The position numbers and the translations under genes are program-made. Under the pieces are notes generated by a model. The model was not told the origin of the DNA and made no database searches. It saw only the letters and a list, made by a program, of their open reading frames with translations. From a candidate division WOR-3 bacterium (lineage in GTDB: Bacteria > Hydrothermota > Tepidihabitantia > SM23-42 > JAOAFX01), in assembly GCA_039802265.1 (NCBI GenBank), contig JBDRWI010000045.1, forward strand, positions 1 through 20,021: a stretch of DNA of 20,021 bases. Reading direction: 5' to 3'. Below are positions 1 to 8,926 of this stretch, in pieces. Position 1 is the stretch's first letter, and every line of letters starts with the position of its first letter.

Positions 1-533
1 TTTGCCTTGCGATTTTTTATTTTATCTTTGAAATACGCAAAATCGTATTCTGGTGATAATGGTTCATAACTCAGATTAAAGAATCCTTTTAAAACCCTTG
101 GTCTTTCATCTTCTTTTATCAAATAAACCCTTCCCAGTGCCCTTGGTTCAGAGAAAACAAGTGACTTATCTTCTAAATCTATTATCAATCTCACAAATTT
201 TGCCTTTTCATTAAATTGAATTGTTTCTAAATTGGAATTTAAAGATTGTTTGGGATCTGGGATTTGAGATTTGGGATTTTTTAGAACGGTTATCCTTCCC
301 GACAATCTCAAATGAAATATCAATCTTTTTTCATTACTCAACACAATAATCAGATATTTTGCCCTTCTTGTTACATTCAGGATTGTTTCATTAATTATAC
401 CTTTGCAGAAACTATCAGGTGCGGGATAACCAATTATATCTTTTCTGAGAATTTCACAACCGATTATCTTCTCATTTATTATCTTTGATTTTAATTCCCT
501 TTTTATAGTCTCTACTTCTGGCAGTTCAGGCAT
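1..533 (-). CDS. mutM: Formamidopyrimidine-DNA glycosylase (Fpg/MutM), 5' part; runs off the left edge
   Basis: Not in ORF track. Manual translation from ATG at 533 (TAATG overlap with the asmA stop) gives MPELPEVETIKREL...RRAKYLII...FHLRLSG...EPRALG, open to position 1. The PELPEVE N-terminus is diagnostic. Confidence 0.95.
   Translation of the reverse strand, partial: MPELPEVETIKRELKSKIINEKIIGCEILRKDIIGYPAPDSFCKGIINETILNVTRRAKYLIIVLSNEKRLIFHLRLSGRITVLKNPKSQIPDPKQSLNSNLETIQFNEKAKFVRLIIDLEDKSLVFSEPRALGRVYLIKEDERPRVLKGFFNLSYEPLSPEYDFAYFKDKIKNRKA
251..278. repeat. 4 x 7-bp tandem repeat inside mutM
   Basis: TGGGATC TGGGATT TGAGATT TGGGATT read directly; a degenerate TGGAATT lies at 233-239. 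Confidence 0.75.
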
Positions 534-2815
534 TATTTTTTGAGCAAATCCTTCAATTTCTTCTCCAGTTCCTTTTTCTTCTTATCAAATTCATCCTTAA
601 TCTTGCCTTTAAGCCGGTCACTTATCTTGGCGGTGTCCAATTTGAACTGGGGAGATAGGACCTTACCCGAAGCAATTATATCTACTGTTGCCTGACCATT
701 CTTATCATAATATAAAAGCCAGTCGCCATGATATTTTTTGAGCAAATCGGACTCTTTTTTGTTCAGAGTAAGTGTGATATTGAGGTTTATAACTCCATCA
801 AGTCCCACTGTGCCATTTATTAGAAAATTACCAATGGTTGAAGAAATCGACCAGTCTTCAACCTTCGTCTTACCGTTTTCTATCCGGAAATTACAGATAT
901 AATCATTGAATGTGATGTTCTTGTAGTCCTTTAGCCCGAGCCAATCAAAGAGTGAAATCAAAAAGGGAAAATTCTTAAAGACACCGTTAGCCAATTTCAA
1001 GTTCCCTACTGCAGTGAGATTGTTCTTAATCTGGCTCTGGTCAAATCCCTTTCCCTGGAAATTACTGATGCCGGTAATCTTTGCCTCAAGGTTCTCAAAC
1101 TTCAAAAACCTTTTTAAAATCTTCTGGGCTGAGATGTTGTTCATTTTTGTGTGTATCCGATAAGGCTCCGGGCTCTTTGAATCATAATAAAAATCAAACT
1201 GAACTTTGCCATCAAATGCATCTGCATTGCAGTTTTTTAAGTCAATTATACCCTTATCAAAGACAAAATTGGTAGTGATATTCTTGAATTCCATGTCCAT
1301 TCCCACAATACGATTTATCTTAACTGAACCCTGAATTGTTATTGGAATCCCCTTTTTCTGTTCGGACTTTTTTTCCTTTGACTTGGGTAATAATTCATCA
1401 AGGTCAATTAAATTTGATGTATTATTAATCTGGATTATTGGTTCTTTGAAATTCGTAATATGACCAGAAAAAGAGAAGTCCGAACTGCCAATATGACCGC
1501 TACACCGGGAAATCTTTGCTGCATCATTCTGGATTGTGCCCTTGATAACGAGATTGGTTATTGGCTTTTCCAGACCAATTCCATCTATATTTGCACCGGC
1601 AATGTAGTAGTCGCCAAAAATTGTGGGTTTATCTAAATGTCCTTTAAGAGCAATGTTGAGGCTCATCGGTCCGGATAGCTTCACTCCTTTCATTTCTTCG
1701 GTAAGCGATTCAAGGTCATTGAGATTTCCTGAAACCTTTAAATTAAGACTAAGGACCGGATTTTTTAAGTTGTCAATATCTCCACTCATGTCAAATTTGG
1801 TCCCGCCCAGCATGCCCATTACAATGATATTCCGGACTGAATTCTGGTCAAAGATAAAATTAACACTGAGTTTTTCAATCTCACGATTGGCACCTTTTGG
1901 TTTTACTACTACATTTTTAATTTCGCACTTTCCATTCAATTTCGGTTCTTTCGTTGTTCCTAAAATTGAAATATTTGTGACGAGAGCACCGTTCAACCGG
2001 TCGGGTCTGTAGTTTTGTGGTATAAGGGGAATTATCTTTGAGAGGTCTTCAATATCCAGGTTAACCTGGATATTGAAGTTTTCCATTTTTTCAATAATTC
2101 CTGAGATATTTAAACTTATTGGTTCATAACTAACAATCAGTTTCTGTATTTCCAGGTTCTTTTTTAATGTATCATAGACAATGTTATTATTTACCTTCAC
2201 AATCATCTCAGGGAGTGTCTTGCTCTTCAAGAAATAGACCGCTTGATTGCCCGAGATTTTTACTAAATTCCTTTCAAAACTGATGTGTTGATTAAGTTCC
2301 CTGACCTGGATTTCCAAATTGGCTATTGCATCAATGTAGCGGATGTTGCTACGGATAATATTTATTCCATCAAGGGATAATTGCCAGTTTGTACCTTTTG
2401 ATTCTTTGGAGATAGGGGCAACGAAATTAATCTGGTTATCCTTATTCCTTTCTATGTTAAGATTGAGTTTATGAATGTCAATACTGCCGATTACAATCTG
2501 GCGCCTTAAAAGGGGAAGGAGTTTAAAGTTTAAAGCAGTATTTTCAATCTGGACCATTGGTTCCGGACTGAATCCCGGCAGATTACCGATGCTCAGTTGA
2601 TCAATTTTCACCCCAATCTTAAAACCCAGTTTTAAAGAAACACTGCCGATCTCAACCGGTCGCTGTAAGGATTCCGAGGCAATCTTTGTAACGAGATTTC
2701 TAAGATAAGTTGGATTCAAGAAGGAACTTATTGCCAGGTATCCGGCAATTATCAGGACCAAAATTATGCCGACGATTATCAACAGAATCTTAAGCAGCCT
2801 TTTTGCGCCGGGCAT
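533..2815 (-). CDS. AsmA family protein
   Basis: N-terminal TM helix, AsmA-like N-terminus (..LLPLLRRQIVIGSI..LNIERNKDNQIN), beta-rich body, AsmA-like C-terminus. AGGAGG 5 nt before ATG 2815 favours this start over GTG 2821. Confidence 0.85.
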   Translation of the reverse strand: MPGAKRLLKILLIIVGIILVLIIAGYLAISSFLNPTYLRNLVTKIASESLQRPVEIGSVSLKLGFKIGVKIDQLSIGNLPGFSPEPMVQIENTALNFKLLPLLRRQIVIGSIDIHKLNLNIERNKDNQINFVAPISKESKGTNWQLSLDGINIIRSNIRYIDAIANLEIQVRELNQHISFERNLVKISGNQAVYFLKSKTLPEMIVKVNNNIVYDTLKKNLEIQKLIVSYEPISLNISGIIEKMENFNIQVNLDIEDLSKIIPLIPQNYRPDRLNGALVTNISILGTTKEPKLNGKCEIKNVVVKPKGANREIEKLSVNFIFDQNSVRNIIVMGMLGGTKFDMSGDIDNLKNPVLSLNLKVSGNLNDLESLTEEMKGVKLSGPMSLNIALKGHLDKPTIFGDYYIAGANIDGIGLEKPITNLVIKGTIQNDAAKISRCSGHIGSSDFSFSGHITNFKEPIIQINNTSNLIDLDELLPKSKEKKSEQKKGIPITIQGSVKINRIVGMDMEFKNITTNFVFDKGIIDLKNCNADAFDGKVQFDFYYDSKSPEPYRIHTKMNNISAQKILKRFLKFENLEAKITGISNFQGKGFDQSQIKNNLTAVGNLKLANGVFKNFPFLISLFDWLGLKDYKNITFNDYICNFRIENGKTKVEDWSISSTIGNFLINGTVGLDGVINLNITLTLNKKESDLLKKYHGDWLLYYDKNGQATVDIIASGKVLSPQFKLDTAKISDRLKGKIKDEFDKKKKELEKKLKDLLKK

Positions 2816-2838
2816 AGCCACCTCCTTTTGTTATCTTT

Positions 2839-4440
2839 TTATCTTAAATAAACAAATTTTACCACTTTATCTTCACCAGCCATTTCAATTTTTAGAAAAT
2901 ATACGCCGGCTGAAAGGTCAGCGGGGTTCCAGATTATATTACCTTTGTCTTTTAATATCCCGTGGTAAATCTCTTCTATTATCTCACCGTTTATGTTGAA
3001 GACCTTGAATCTTACATCTTTCAATTGAACGAAATTGTAGTAAATATTTAGAAGACCTGAAACAGGATTCGTTTTGATTGAAACTTCACCGTTATTAATT
3101 GCATTCTTTAACTCACTCACTGCGCTTGGATCAATTATAACATCACATATTACCGTATCGGCAACAATACTGATATTACGCACTGTGACATCGGTTGGCA
3201 CACCATAATTGCTATTACTTGAAGGATAGGTGTTGGGTCCAAAGGTTGTATTATTGCTATCGCCAGGATATGGGTCGCCGGAATCGCCCAGTTCGTGGTG
3301 GTAGTAATGGGGGTCAGGTCGATAACCCCAGCCATTCTCCAGGTCATCACAGCCATCCGCTTCTTCAAGGTCAACGATATCATCATAATTCCCGTATCTC
3401 GGGTCGATGTGCCAGATCAATAGCCCCTTTCCCGGGAGTGGTGTATCAAAGCCTTTATTCTGCCGATTCTCCAGGATGAAGAATGTGTCGTTTATACCTC
3501 CGGCGCGCCACACGCGATAGGCGACGGGATTGGTTTCTATGTCTAAGATTCTCAAGCCATAGGTATTACTTGTGATGGGAATGAGATTAAGCCAGCCTAC
3601 CTGGTCCTTGCACCAGGCATCCGCATGGGAAGGACTCCAGGGGGTATTGCCACCCGCACCCCAGGCGCCGTAACCCATCAGACTCCAGTAGCCAACACCC
3701 CAGGTCCAGCGAGAATAGTCATATAGGTCAGGTAAACCAACAACATGGCCCAGTTCATGGCACATCACACCAATACAGCAAAGTGTTGTGTCAAGGGATG
3801 GGGTAACAAGACTTACCTCAGGCACATTCGTTGCCCCGTCAATAATCACACCATCATTGGTGGAATAGTTAAAACTGGGTATTGCATGGGACCAGCATTG
3901 ATGGGGATTTCCCGTGTCCTCGGCGCCCGGACCAGCATGGATTACAAACACGCCATCAAGGTGGTTATCATTATTAAGGTCATACTGCTGGAAATTGACA
4001 GTTGCATCAACCAGTGCCACTGCATCCTGAGCCAGTTGATAACCGGTGGTGAGCATATAATACCCATCGTCATAATAACTATAAGGGTGGCTGGACATAT
4101 ACCAGTTATTGCCTACAATGCCACCGCGGACATCAGTCTGATTATAGGAATTCTCCTTAAAGAAATCGTTGAGACTCCCCTGGCGATATTGTCCATAATA
4201 AACTCCAGTAGAATAGAACATACTGTCATAGCATGCCGGATTATGCGCTATTGTATCAGCAAGATTGTCCGTAAATTGAACGAGTATAACACAGGTCTCA
4301 ATTGAGCCCCGGGATAAATCCTTGGGTCTTTCACGCGGAGAACCAACAATACAGGAATGGCCTGTTTTATCGGGATAATGGGGAGGCATCGCTAAAATTA
4401 GACCGGTGAAAAAAAATTTTATAAAAAATCCTTTATTCAT
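2839..4440 (-). CDS. Secreted M6 (immune inhibitor A-like) metalloprotease with T9SS type A-like C-terminal domain
   Basis: Signal-like N-terminus; IHAG; zinc motif HELGHVVGLPDLYD; WSLMGYG; ENRQ..GFD..LPG.GLLIWHID; C-terminal LSAGVYFLKI...KFVYLR. Confidence 0.9.
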   Translation of the reverse strand: MNKGFFIKFFFTGLILAMPPHYPDKTGHSCIVGSPRERPKDLSRGSIETCVILVQFTDNLADTIAHNPACYDSMFYSTGVYYGQYRQGSLNDFFKENSYNQTDVRGGIVGNNWYMSSHPYSYYDDGYYMLTTGYQLAQDAVALVDATVNFQQYDLNNDNHLDGVFVIHAGPGAEDTGNPHQCWSHAIPSFNYSTNDGVIIDGATNVPEVSLVTPSLDTTLCCIGVMCHELGHVVGLPDLYDYSRWTWGVGYWSLMGYGAWGAGGNTPWSPSHADAWCKDQVGWLNLIPITSNTYGLRILDIETNPVAYRVWRAGGINDTFFILENRQNKGFDTPLPGKGLLIWHIDPRYGNYDDIVDLEEADGCDDLENGWGYRPDPHYYHHELGDSGDPYPGDSNNTTFGPNTYPSSNSNYGVPTDVTVRNISIVADTVICDVIIDPSAVSELKNAINNGEVSIKTNPVSGLLNIYYNFVQLKDVRFKVFNINGEIIEEIYHGILKDKGNIIWNPADLSAGVYFLKIEMAGEDKVVKFVYLR

Positions 4441-4442
4441 TT

Positions 4443-5165
4443 TTACTCCTTTAAAATCTTCTTCTCCAACTCAATTATCTCTCTAACTCCCTCCATTGCG
4501 AGTTTAACGAGACTATTGAATTCTTCCGGCGCCAATGGCAGTTTTTCAGCAGTTGCACCAATTTCTACAATCTTGCCCCTTCCGGTCATTACCAAATTCA
4601 TATCAACCTCGGCATTTGAGTCTTCTTCATAACAGAGGTCAAGGAGTTGTTCGCCGCGCACCACACCCGCACTTACTGCACCAACAAAATCCAGGATAGG
4701 AAAAGAAGGAAACTCTTTATTTACCCACATCTTCTTTATTGCACTATAAAGGGCAAGAAATGCACCATTCAAGGCTGCGGTTCTGGTTCCACCATCGGCC
4801 TGTAGGACATCGCAATCCAAAATAAATGTCCGCTCGCCGACTAAATTCAAGTCAAAGACCGGCCTCAATGAGCGTCCGATAAATCTTCTTATTTCCTGAG
4901 TTCTACCGGTGAGGCGACCGGCATTTGCCTCCCGCTGGGTTCGCTCCCGGGTACTTGCGGGCAGGAGTGCATATTCAGCAGTTAACCAGCCCTGCCCTTT
5001 ACCCACCAGAAATGGTGGCACACGATTCTCAACACTCACAGCACAAAGAACCTGGGTTCTTCCCATCTTTATCAGACAGGAGCCAGCCGGATATTCAAGA
5101 TAGTCCATTACCACTTCAATCCTTCTCAATTCATTAGCCTTACGGCCATCAATTCGCATCTCCAC
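4443..5165 (-). CDS. rph: Ribonuclease PH
   Basis: RIDGR..ELR, GWLTAEYALLP, RTQEIRRFIGRSLR, DCDVLQADGGTRTA, LDLCYEEDSNAEVDMN. Start may be ATG 5159. Confidence 0.97.
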   Translation of the reverse strand: MEMRIDGRKANELRRIEVVMDYLEYPAGSCLIKMGRTQVLCAVSVENRVPPFLVGKGQGWLTAEYALLPASTRERTQREANAGRLTGRTQEIRRFIGRSLRPVFDLNLVGERTFILDCDVLQADGGTRTAALNGAFLALYSAIKKMWVNKEFPSFPILDFVGAVSAGVVRGEQLLDLCYEEDSNAEVDMNLVMTGRGKIVEIGATAEKLPLAPEEFNSLVKLAMEGVREIIELEKKILKE

Positions 5166-5170
5166 CCCCT

Positions 5171-5974
5171 TTAGGTTTTACTCCCCAGGGTGACCCTGGA
5201 AAAATTGTTCATTGGTGCACCGAGAAATCTCTCGCCAATCTCCTTGAAGTTTATTGATAGATCGGTAAGATAGATTGAGATATTACCCTTTCCATAAGGA
5301 TTTTCCAGCTTCCTACTTTTTAAGTCCAGGGCAAGCTCCCTGCCCAGTTCTAATGCGGAGTCAACATAATTTATTTCTCCGAGGACCTTTTTAATCGTAT
5401 TAAGCAGCAGGGGATAATGGGTGCAACCCAATAGCAGGGTATCAATACCATCTTCTTTAAGGGGCTTCAGGTAATCCTCGGCAATTAATTCAGTGGCTGG
5501 ATGGTCAAACCAGCCCTCTTCAACAAGAGGGACAAAGAGGGGGCAAGCACGACCGATGACTTCAATCTCGGGATTTGATTCCCGAAATGCCTTCTCATAG
5601 GCACCGCTTTGAATCGTGAGATATGTGCCAATAACCCCAATCTTTCTGTTTTTTGTCAATGAAAGGGCCTTCTTTACACCAGGATTTATTACACCGATGA
5701 TAGGGACCTCAAATTTTTTCTTCAAAATCTCCAGGGCAACCGAGGTTGATGAATAACAGGCAATTACAATATACTTTACCCCGCGGGATAGTAAGAATCT
5801 GGTATTCTCTATGGAAAATTGAATAATTGCATCAGTGGATTTTGTCCCATAGGGAAGGCGGGCAGTATCACCTAAGTATATTATATCCTCTTTTGGTAAA
5901 AACATCTTTATTCCTTTTACTACAGTAAGACCCCCGATGCCCGAGTCAAAGACTCCAATCGGTGATTTATTCAA
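5171..5974 (-). CDS. murI: Glutamate racemase
   Basis: PIGVFDSGIGGLTV, D.ARLPYGTKS, both catalytic Cys (IACYS, LGCTHYP), CPLFVPLVEEG; usual position next to rph. Confidence 0.93.
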   Translation of the reverse strand: MNKSPIGVFDSGIGGLTVVKGIKMFLPKEDIIYLGDTARLPYGTKSTDAIIQFSIENTRFLLSRGVKYIVIACYSSTSVALEILKKKFEVPIIGVINPGVKKALSLTKNRKIGVIGTYLTIQSGAYEKAFRESNPEIEVIGRACPLFVPLVEEGWFDHPATELIAEDYLKPLKEDGIDTLLLGCTHYPLLLNTIKKVLGEINYVDSALELGRELALDLKSRKLENPYGKGNISIYLTDLSINFKEIGERFLGAPMNNFSRVTLGSKT

Positions 5975-7314
5975 TTGTTCAGTCTCCTTTCGTAGTTTTC
6001 TATATATTCTTTAACTCCACAAAAGATTGTATATGCAAGTTTTTGCTGGTTTTTCTTATCCCTCAGCCATTTCTCCTCTTCGGGGTTGGATATAAATGCA
6101 CATTCAATGAGGACCGCGGGCATAAATGCACCCTTTAAGACATAAAATCCAGCCTGATTTACACTTCGCGCTGGTATTGATAAAATTCTTTCTGCACTGG
6201 TCTGAATGCATTCAGCCAGATAATTGGATTCTTCCAAGAATGCACTCTGCGCCAGGTCGTAGAGAATGAAATTTATCTCGTCTTTAGGAACAATGTCCTC
6301 ATCAAATTTTAATGAGGCATTTTCCATCGCAGCCACTGCCCGTGCCTCATCGGTCTTTGCCTCGGAGAGGAAATAGGTTTCAAATCCACTTGCCTTTCTA
6401 TTGCGCGGTGAGGCATTACAATGGATGCTCAAGAATACATCCCCGTTATTGCGATTGGCAAATTGGGTTCTTGCCCTCAAGGATAGATAGATATCATTGG
6501 TTCTGGTCAACAGCACTTTGATACCTAAAGAATCTTCAATGATCTCTTTCAATAACCTGGTGATGGCGAGATTTATATCCTTTTCATAGAGCCCACCCCG
6601 TCCAATCGCGCCGGGGTCAATTCCACCATGTCCGGGGTCGAGGACGATGGTATTTATCTGTTTGAAGGTTTTTTTGAAGAAGACCACCTCAGATTCCCGC
6701 TCCTGATAGGAGTTTATATCCATCAGGTCAATTTTCAGACTTGTGTAGGTATTGAAACAATCCAGTTTGACATTTTTTATCTGTCCGACTGGTCTTATCT
6801 TATCTTTTTTCTTATATCTCCCATCTATCTCCACAACTGCCGTTTGAGGAAAAAATTGGACATCAAATTCAATTGGCATCTCCCAGGTAAATTTTATTAC
6901 TGTAGAATCACCCCGGGTAATTATTTTAATATCATCAATCTCCGGTATTTCCCGTATTTCTTTTATGAATATCAATTTCTCAAATACCCGGCTTAGAACC
7001 GGTATTATCGCTTGAACCACAAAGTAGACATCACCATTGTAGAACCGGGGTGCAAAGGCGATATTCTCATACAGACCATCGCACTGGATTGTGCCAATAT
7101 CGGGTATCAAGACCATCTGGTGTTCAGCCGTTGAGAGATAGAGGCGCTGACTCCTGTTATCAAAGACAAAATTTATGCCGCAGACTTCGGCAACGGATTT
7201 CAGGGGGACAAAGTCTTTGAGTTCCATCTGAATAGATTGAACCGTTACCCTATTGGTATCACAGATAATTTCATACTTCGGTGAAAGGCTCGCCAGGATA
7301 AAAAACACCATCAT
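5971..7314 (-). CDS. N-acetylmuramoyl-L-alanine amidase (Amidase_3, AmiC-like)
   Basis: IVLDPGHGGIDPGA, EKDINL, R...AN...DVFLSIHCNA, GFETY, PAVLIECAFISN. Confidence 0.93.
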   Translation of the reverse strand: MMVFFILASLSPKYEIICDTNRVTVQSIQMELKDFVPLKSVAEVCGINFVFDNRSQRLYLSTAEHQMVLIPDIGTIQCDGLYENIAFAPRFYNGDVYFVVQAIIPVLSRVFEKLIFIKEIREIPEIDDIKIITRGDSTVIKFTWEMPIEFDVQFFPQTAVVEIDGRYKKKDKIRPVGQIKNVKLDCFNTYTSLKIDLMDINSYQERESEVVFFKKTFKQINTIVLDPGHGGIDPGAIGRGGLYEKDINLAITRLLKEIIEDSLGIKVLLTRTNDIYLSLRARTQFANRNNGDVFLSIHCNASPRNRKASGFETYFLSEAKTDEARAVAAMENASLKFDEDIVPKDEINFILYDLAQSAFLEESNYLAECIQTSAERILSIPARSVNQAGFYVLKGAFMPAVLIECAFISNPEEEKWLRDKKNQQKLAYTIFCGVKEYIENYERRLNN

Positions 7315-7760
7315 CTTACTATCCTCTTTATTCCGAGCAGTTTCTTTTCGGCCTCTTTTTTAAGAATTTTTTCCTTCTTGTCAAAGAGTTGCCTGCGCCG
7401 GCAGACGCCGATTGTCACCTTGGCAAGACCGCGTTCATTGAAGTAGATCTTCAGTGGAATTAAACTATTTCCTCGCTGCTGAGTTATACCATAAAGTTTT
7501 CTGATTTCTTCTTTTTTTAACAATAATTTCCTTCTTCTCTTTGGCTGTGGGACAGGACCGGAGCTGAATTTGTAGGGTGCAATATGGAGGTTAAATAAGA
7601 AAATTTCACCGTTGGATATTTCTGCATAGGCATCGCTCAGAGAGACTCCACCCTGACGCAGAGATTTTACCTCACTACCACAAAGCACAATGCCAGCCTC
7701 ATAGGTATCAAGAACTTCATATAGATGTTCAGCCTTGCGATTGGTGCTTATAATCTTCAC
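7311..7760 (-). CDS. smpB: SsrA-binding protein SmpB
   Basis: NRKAEHLY, YEAGIVLCGSEVKSLR, RKLLL..EI, LIPLKIYFN. GTG 7760 chosen from the promoter position; the ORF track gives TTG 7763. Confidence 0.95.
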   Translation of the reverse strand: MKIISTNRKAEHLYEVLDTYEAGIVLCGSEVKSLRQGGVSLSDAYAEISNGEIFLFNLHIAPYKFSSGPVPQPKRRRKLLLKKEEIRKLYGITQQRGNSLIPLKIYFNERGLAKVTIGVCRRRQLFDKKEKILKKEAEKKLLGIKRIVR

Positions 7761-7765
7761 CAATA

Positions 7766-7794
7766 ATTATAACAGACAAATGTAATAAAGTCAA
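7766..7794 (-). promoter_or_regulatory. Sigma70-type promoter for the smpB run
   Basis: TTGACT(7794-7789)-N17-TATAAT(7771-7766) with TGn extension; 5 nt before GTG. Confidence 0.75.
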
Positions 7795-7819
7795 GGAATA
7801 GGTAGTTTCTATACAAACC

Positions 7820-7847
7820 TTGACAATCTCATAATTTTGTGTATTAT
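7820..7847 (+). promoter_or_regulatory. Sigma70-type promoter for the PhzF-family gene
   Basis: TTGACA(7820-7825)-N16-TATTAT(7842-7847); 6 nt before ATG 7854. Confidence 0.65.
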
Positions 7848-7853
7848 TTAAAT

Positions 7854-8774
7854 ATGCCAAAATGGGTTAAGGCAAAAAGGCTGAGTGTATTTACTTCCAT
7901 ACCTTATGGGGGAAATCCTGCCTGGGTGATAATCGGTGCTGAAGGGGTAAGTGAGGAAGACCTCCGGCAAGTTGCCAGTGATTTAAATCCGATATCGGAT
8001 ACAGCATTTGTCCTGCCCGAGACGACAAGTGAGGCAGATATATATCTGAGATTCTTCACGGGCAGCGGTGAGATTAATTTTTCGGGGCATGCTTCCATTG
8101 CTACATATTTTGCCTTAAGCGGGGAGAATATCTTAAATTTAAAAGAACCGGAAACGACCATACGCCAGAGGACAAAGGCGGGAATTCAGTTTGTTGACCT
8201 CCGGGTTAAAGAGAATAAGATAACCCGTGCCACAATGACCCTGGCAAAGCCCAACTATCTGGACATTGAGCCTAATCCGCTGCAGTTGGCAAGGGTCTTG
8301 GGTATTTCTCAGAGTGAACTCGGGCTGGCGAATCTACCGTTTGATGTAATTTCCACGGGATTCTATGACCTGATTGTTCCGGTAAAGTCCTTGGAGACAG
8401 TCAAAAATCTCAAACCCGATTTTACATTTATGAATAATTTTTGTATAAGATTGGGAATTCAGGGTATCATTGTCTTCTGCCTTGAGACATTTGAACCCGG
8501 TGATACTGCATTTATGAGGCACTTTGCGCCGGTCCTTGGTATAAATGAAGACCCGATATCGGGTGCTGCTGCCGGCAGTCTTGGTTGTTATCTAATAAGA
8601 AAGAAATTGGTTGAACCGAGTAATTTTTCAAGGATTATTATTGAGCAGGGTTATCTCCAGAACCGGCAGGGTAAGGTATATGTTCATATTGAATCCTCCC
8701 GCGATCAGATTTATCGGGTAAAGGTTGGAGGGAATGCAATCCTGACTTTTACCGGATATATTCTGGTCCCGTAA
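7854..8774 (+). CDS. PhzF family (DAP-epimerase fold) isomerase/epimerase
   Basis: VFT..PYGGNPA, SDTAFV, LRFFT..EINFSGHA, VISTG, RHFAP..GINEDP.SG, IEQG. ATG 7854 is preferred to GTG 7839, which lies inside the promoter. Confidence 0.9.
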   Translation: MPKWVKAKRLSVFTSIPYGGNPAWVIIGAEGVSEEDLRQVASDLNPISDTAFVLPETTSEADIYLRFFTGSGEINFSGHASIATYFALSGENILNLKEPETTIRQRTKAGIQFVDLRVKENKITRATMTLAKPNYLDIEPNPLQLARVLGISQSELGLANLPFDVISTGFYDLIVPVKSLETVKNLKPDFTFMNNFCIRLGIQGIIVFCLETFEPGDTAFMRHFAPVLGINEDPISGAAAGSLGCYLIRKKLVEPSNFSRIIIEQGYLQNRQGKVYVHIESSRDQIYRVKVGGNAILTFTGYILVP

Positions 8775-8926
8775 TAAAAGATACTATTCCCTGAATAATG
8801 GAACGCTGGACGCTCTAAAGATTAGGGATAAATAGTTATTGTTTTTGGGAAACGGTTCAAAGTCCACAGACGATAAATTCCGAAGATTCTTTTCGCATCT
8901 CAAGCTTTAAACTGTTGACGATCTTG

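Noticed and set aside
3200..4150. Locally GC-richer stretch in the M6 gene as a sign of horizontal transfer
   Set aside because: Could be explained by Gly/Ala/Pro/Trp-rich coding; not quantified, and no mobility signatures at the borders.
7761..7853. tmRNA (ssrA) next to smpB
   Set aside because: The gap is under 100 bp and filled by promoters; I saw no tRNA-like tmRNA ends in any intergenic region.
7854..8774. Phenazine biosynthesis cluster
   Set aside because: Lone PhzF-family gene with no other phz genes; the substrate cannot be assigned.
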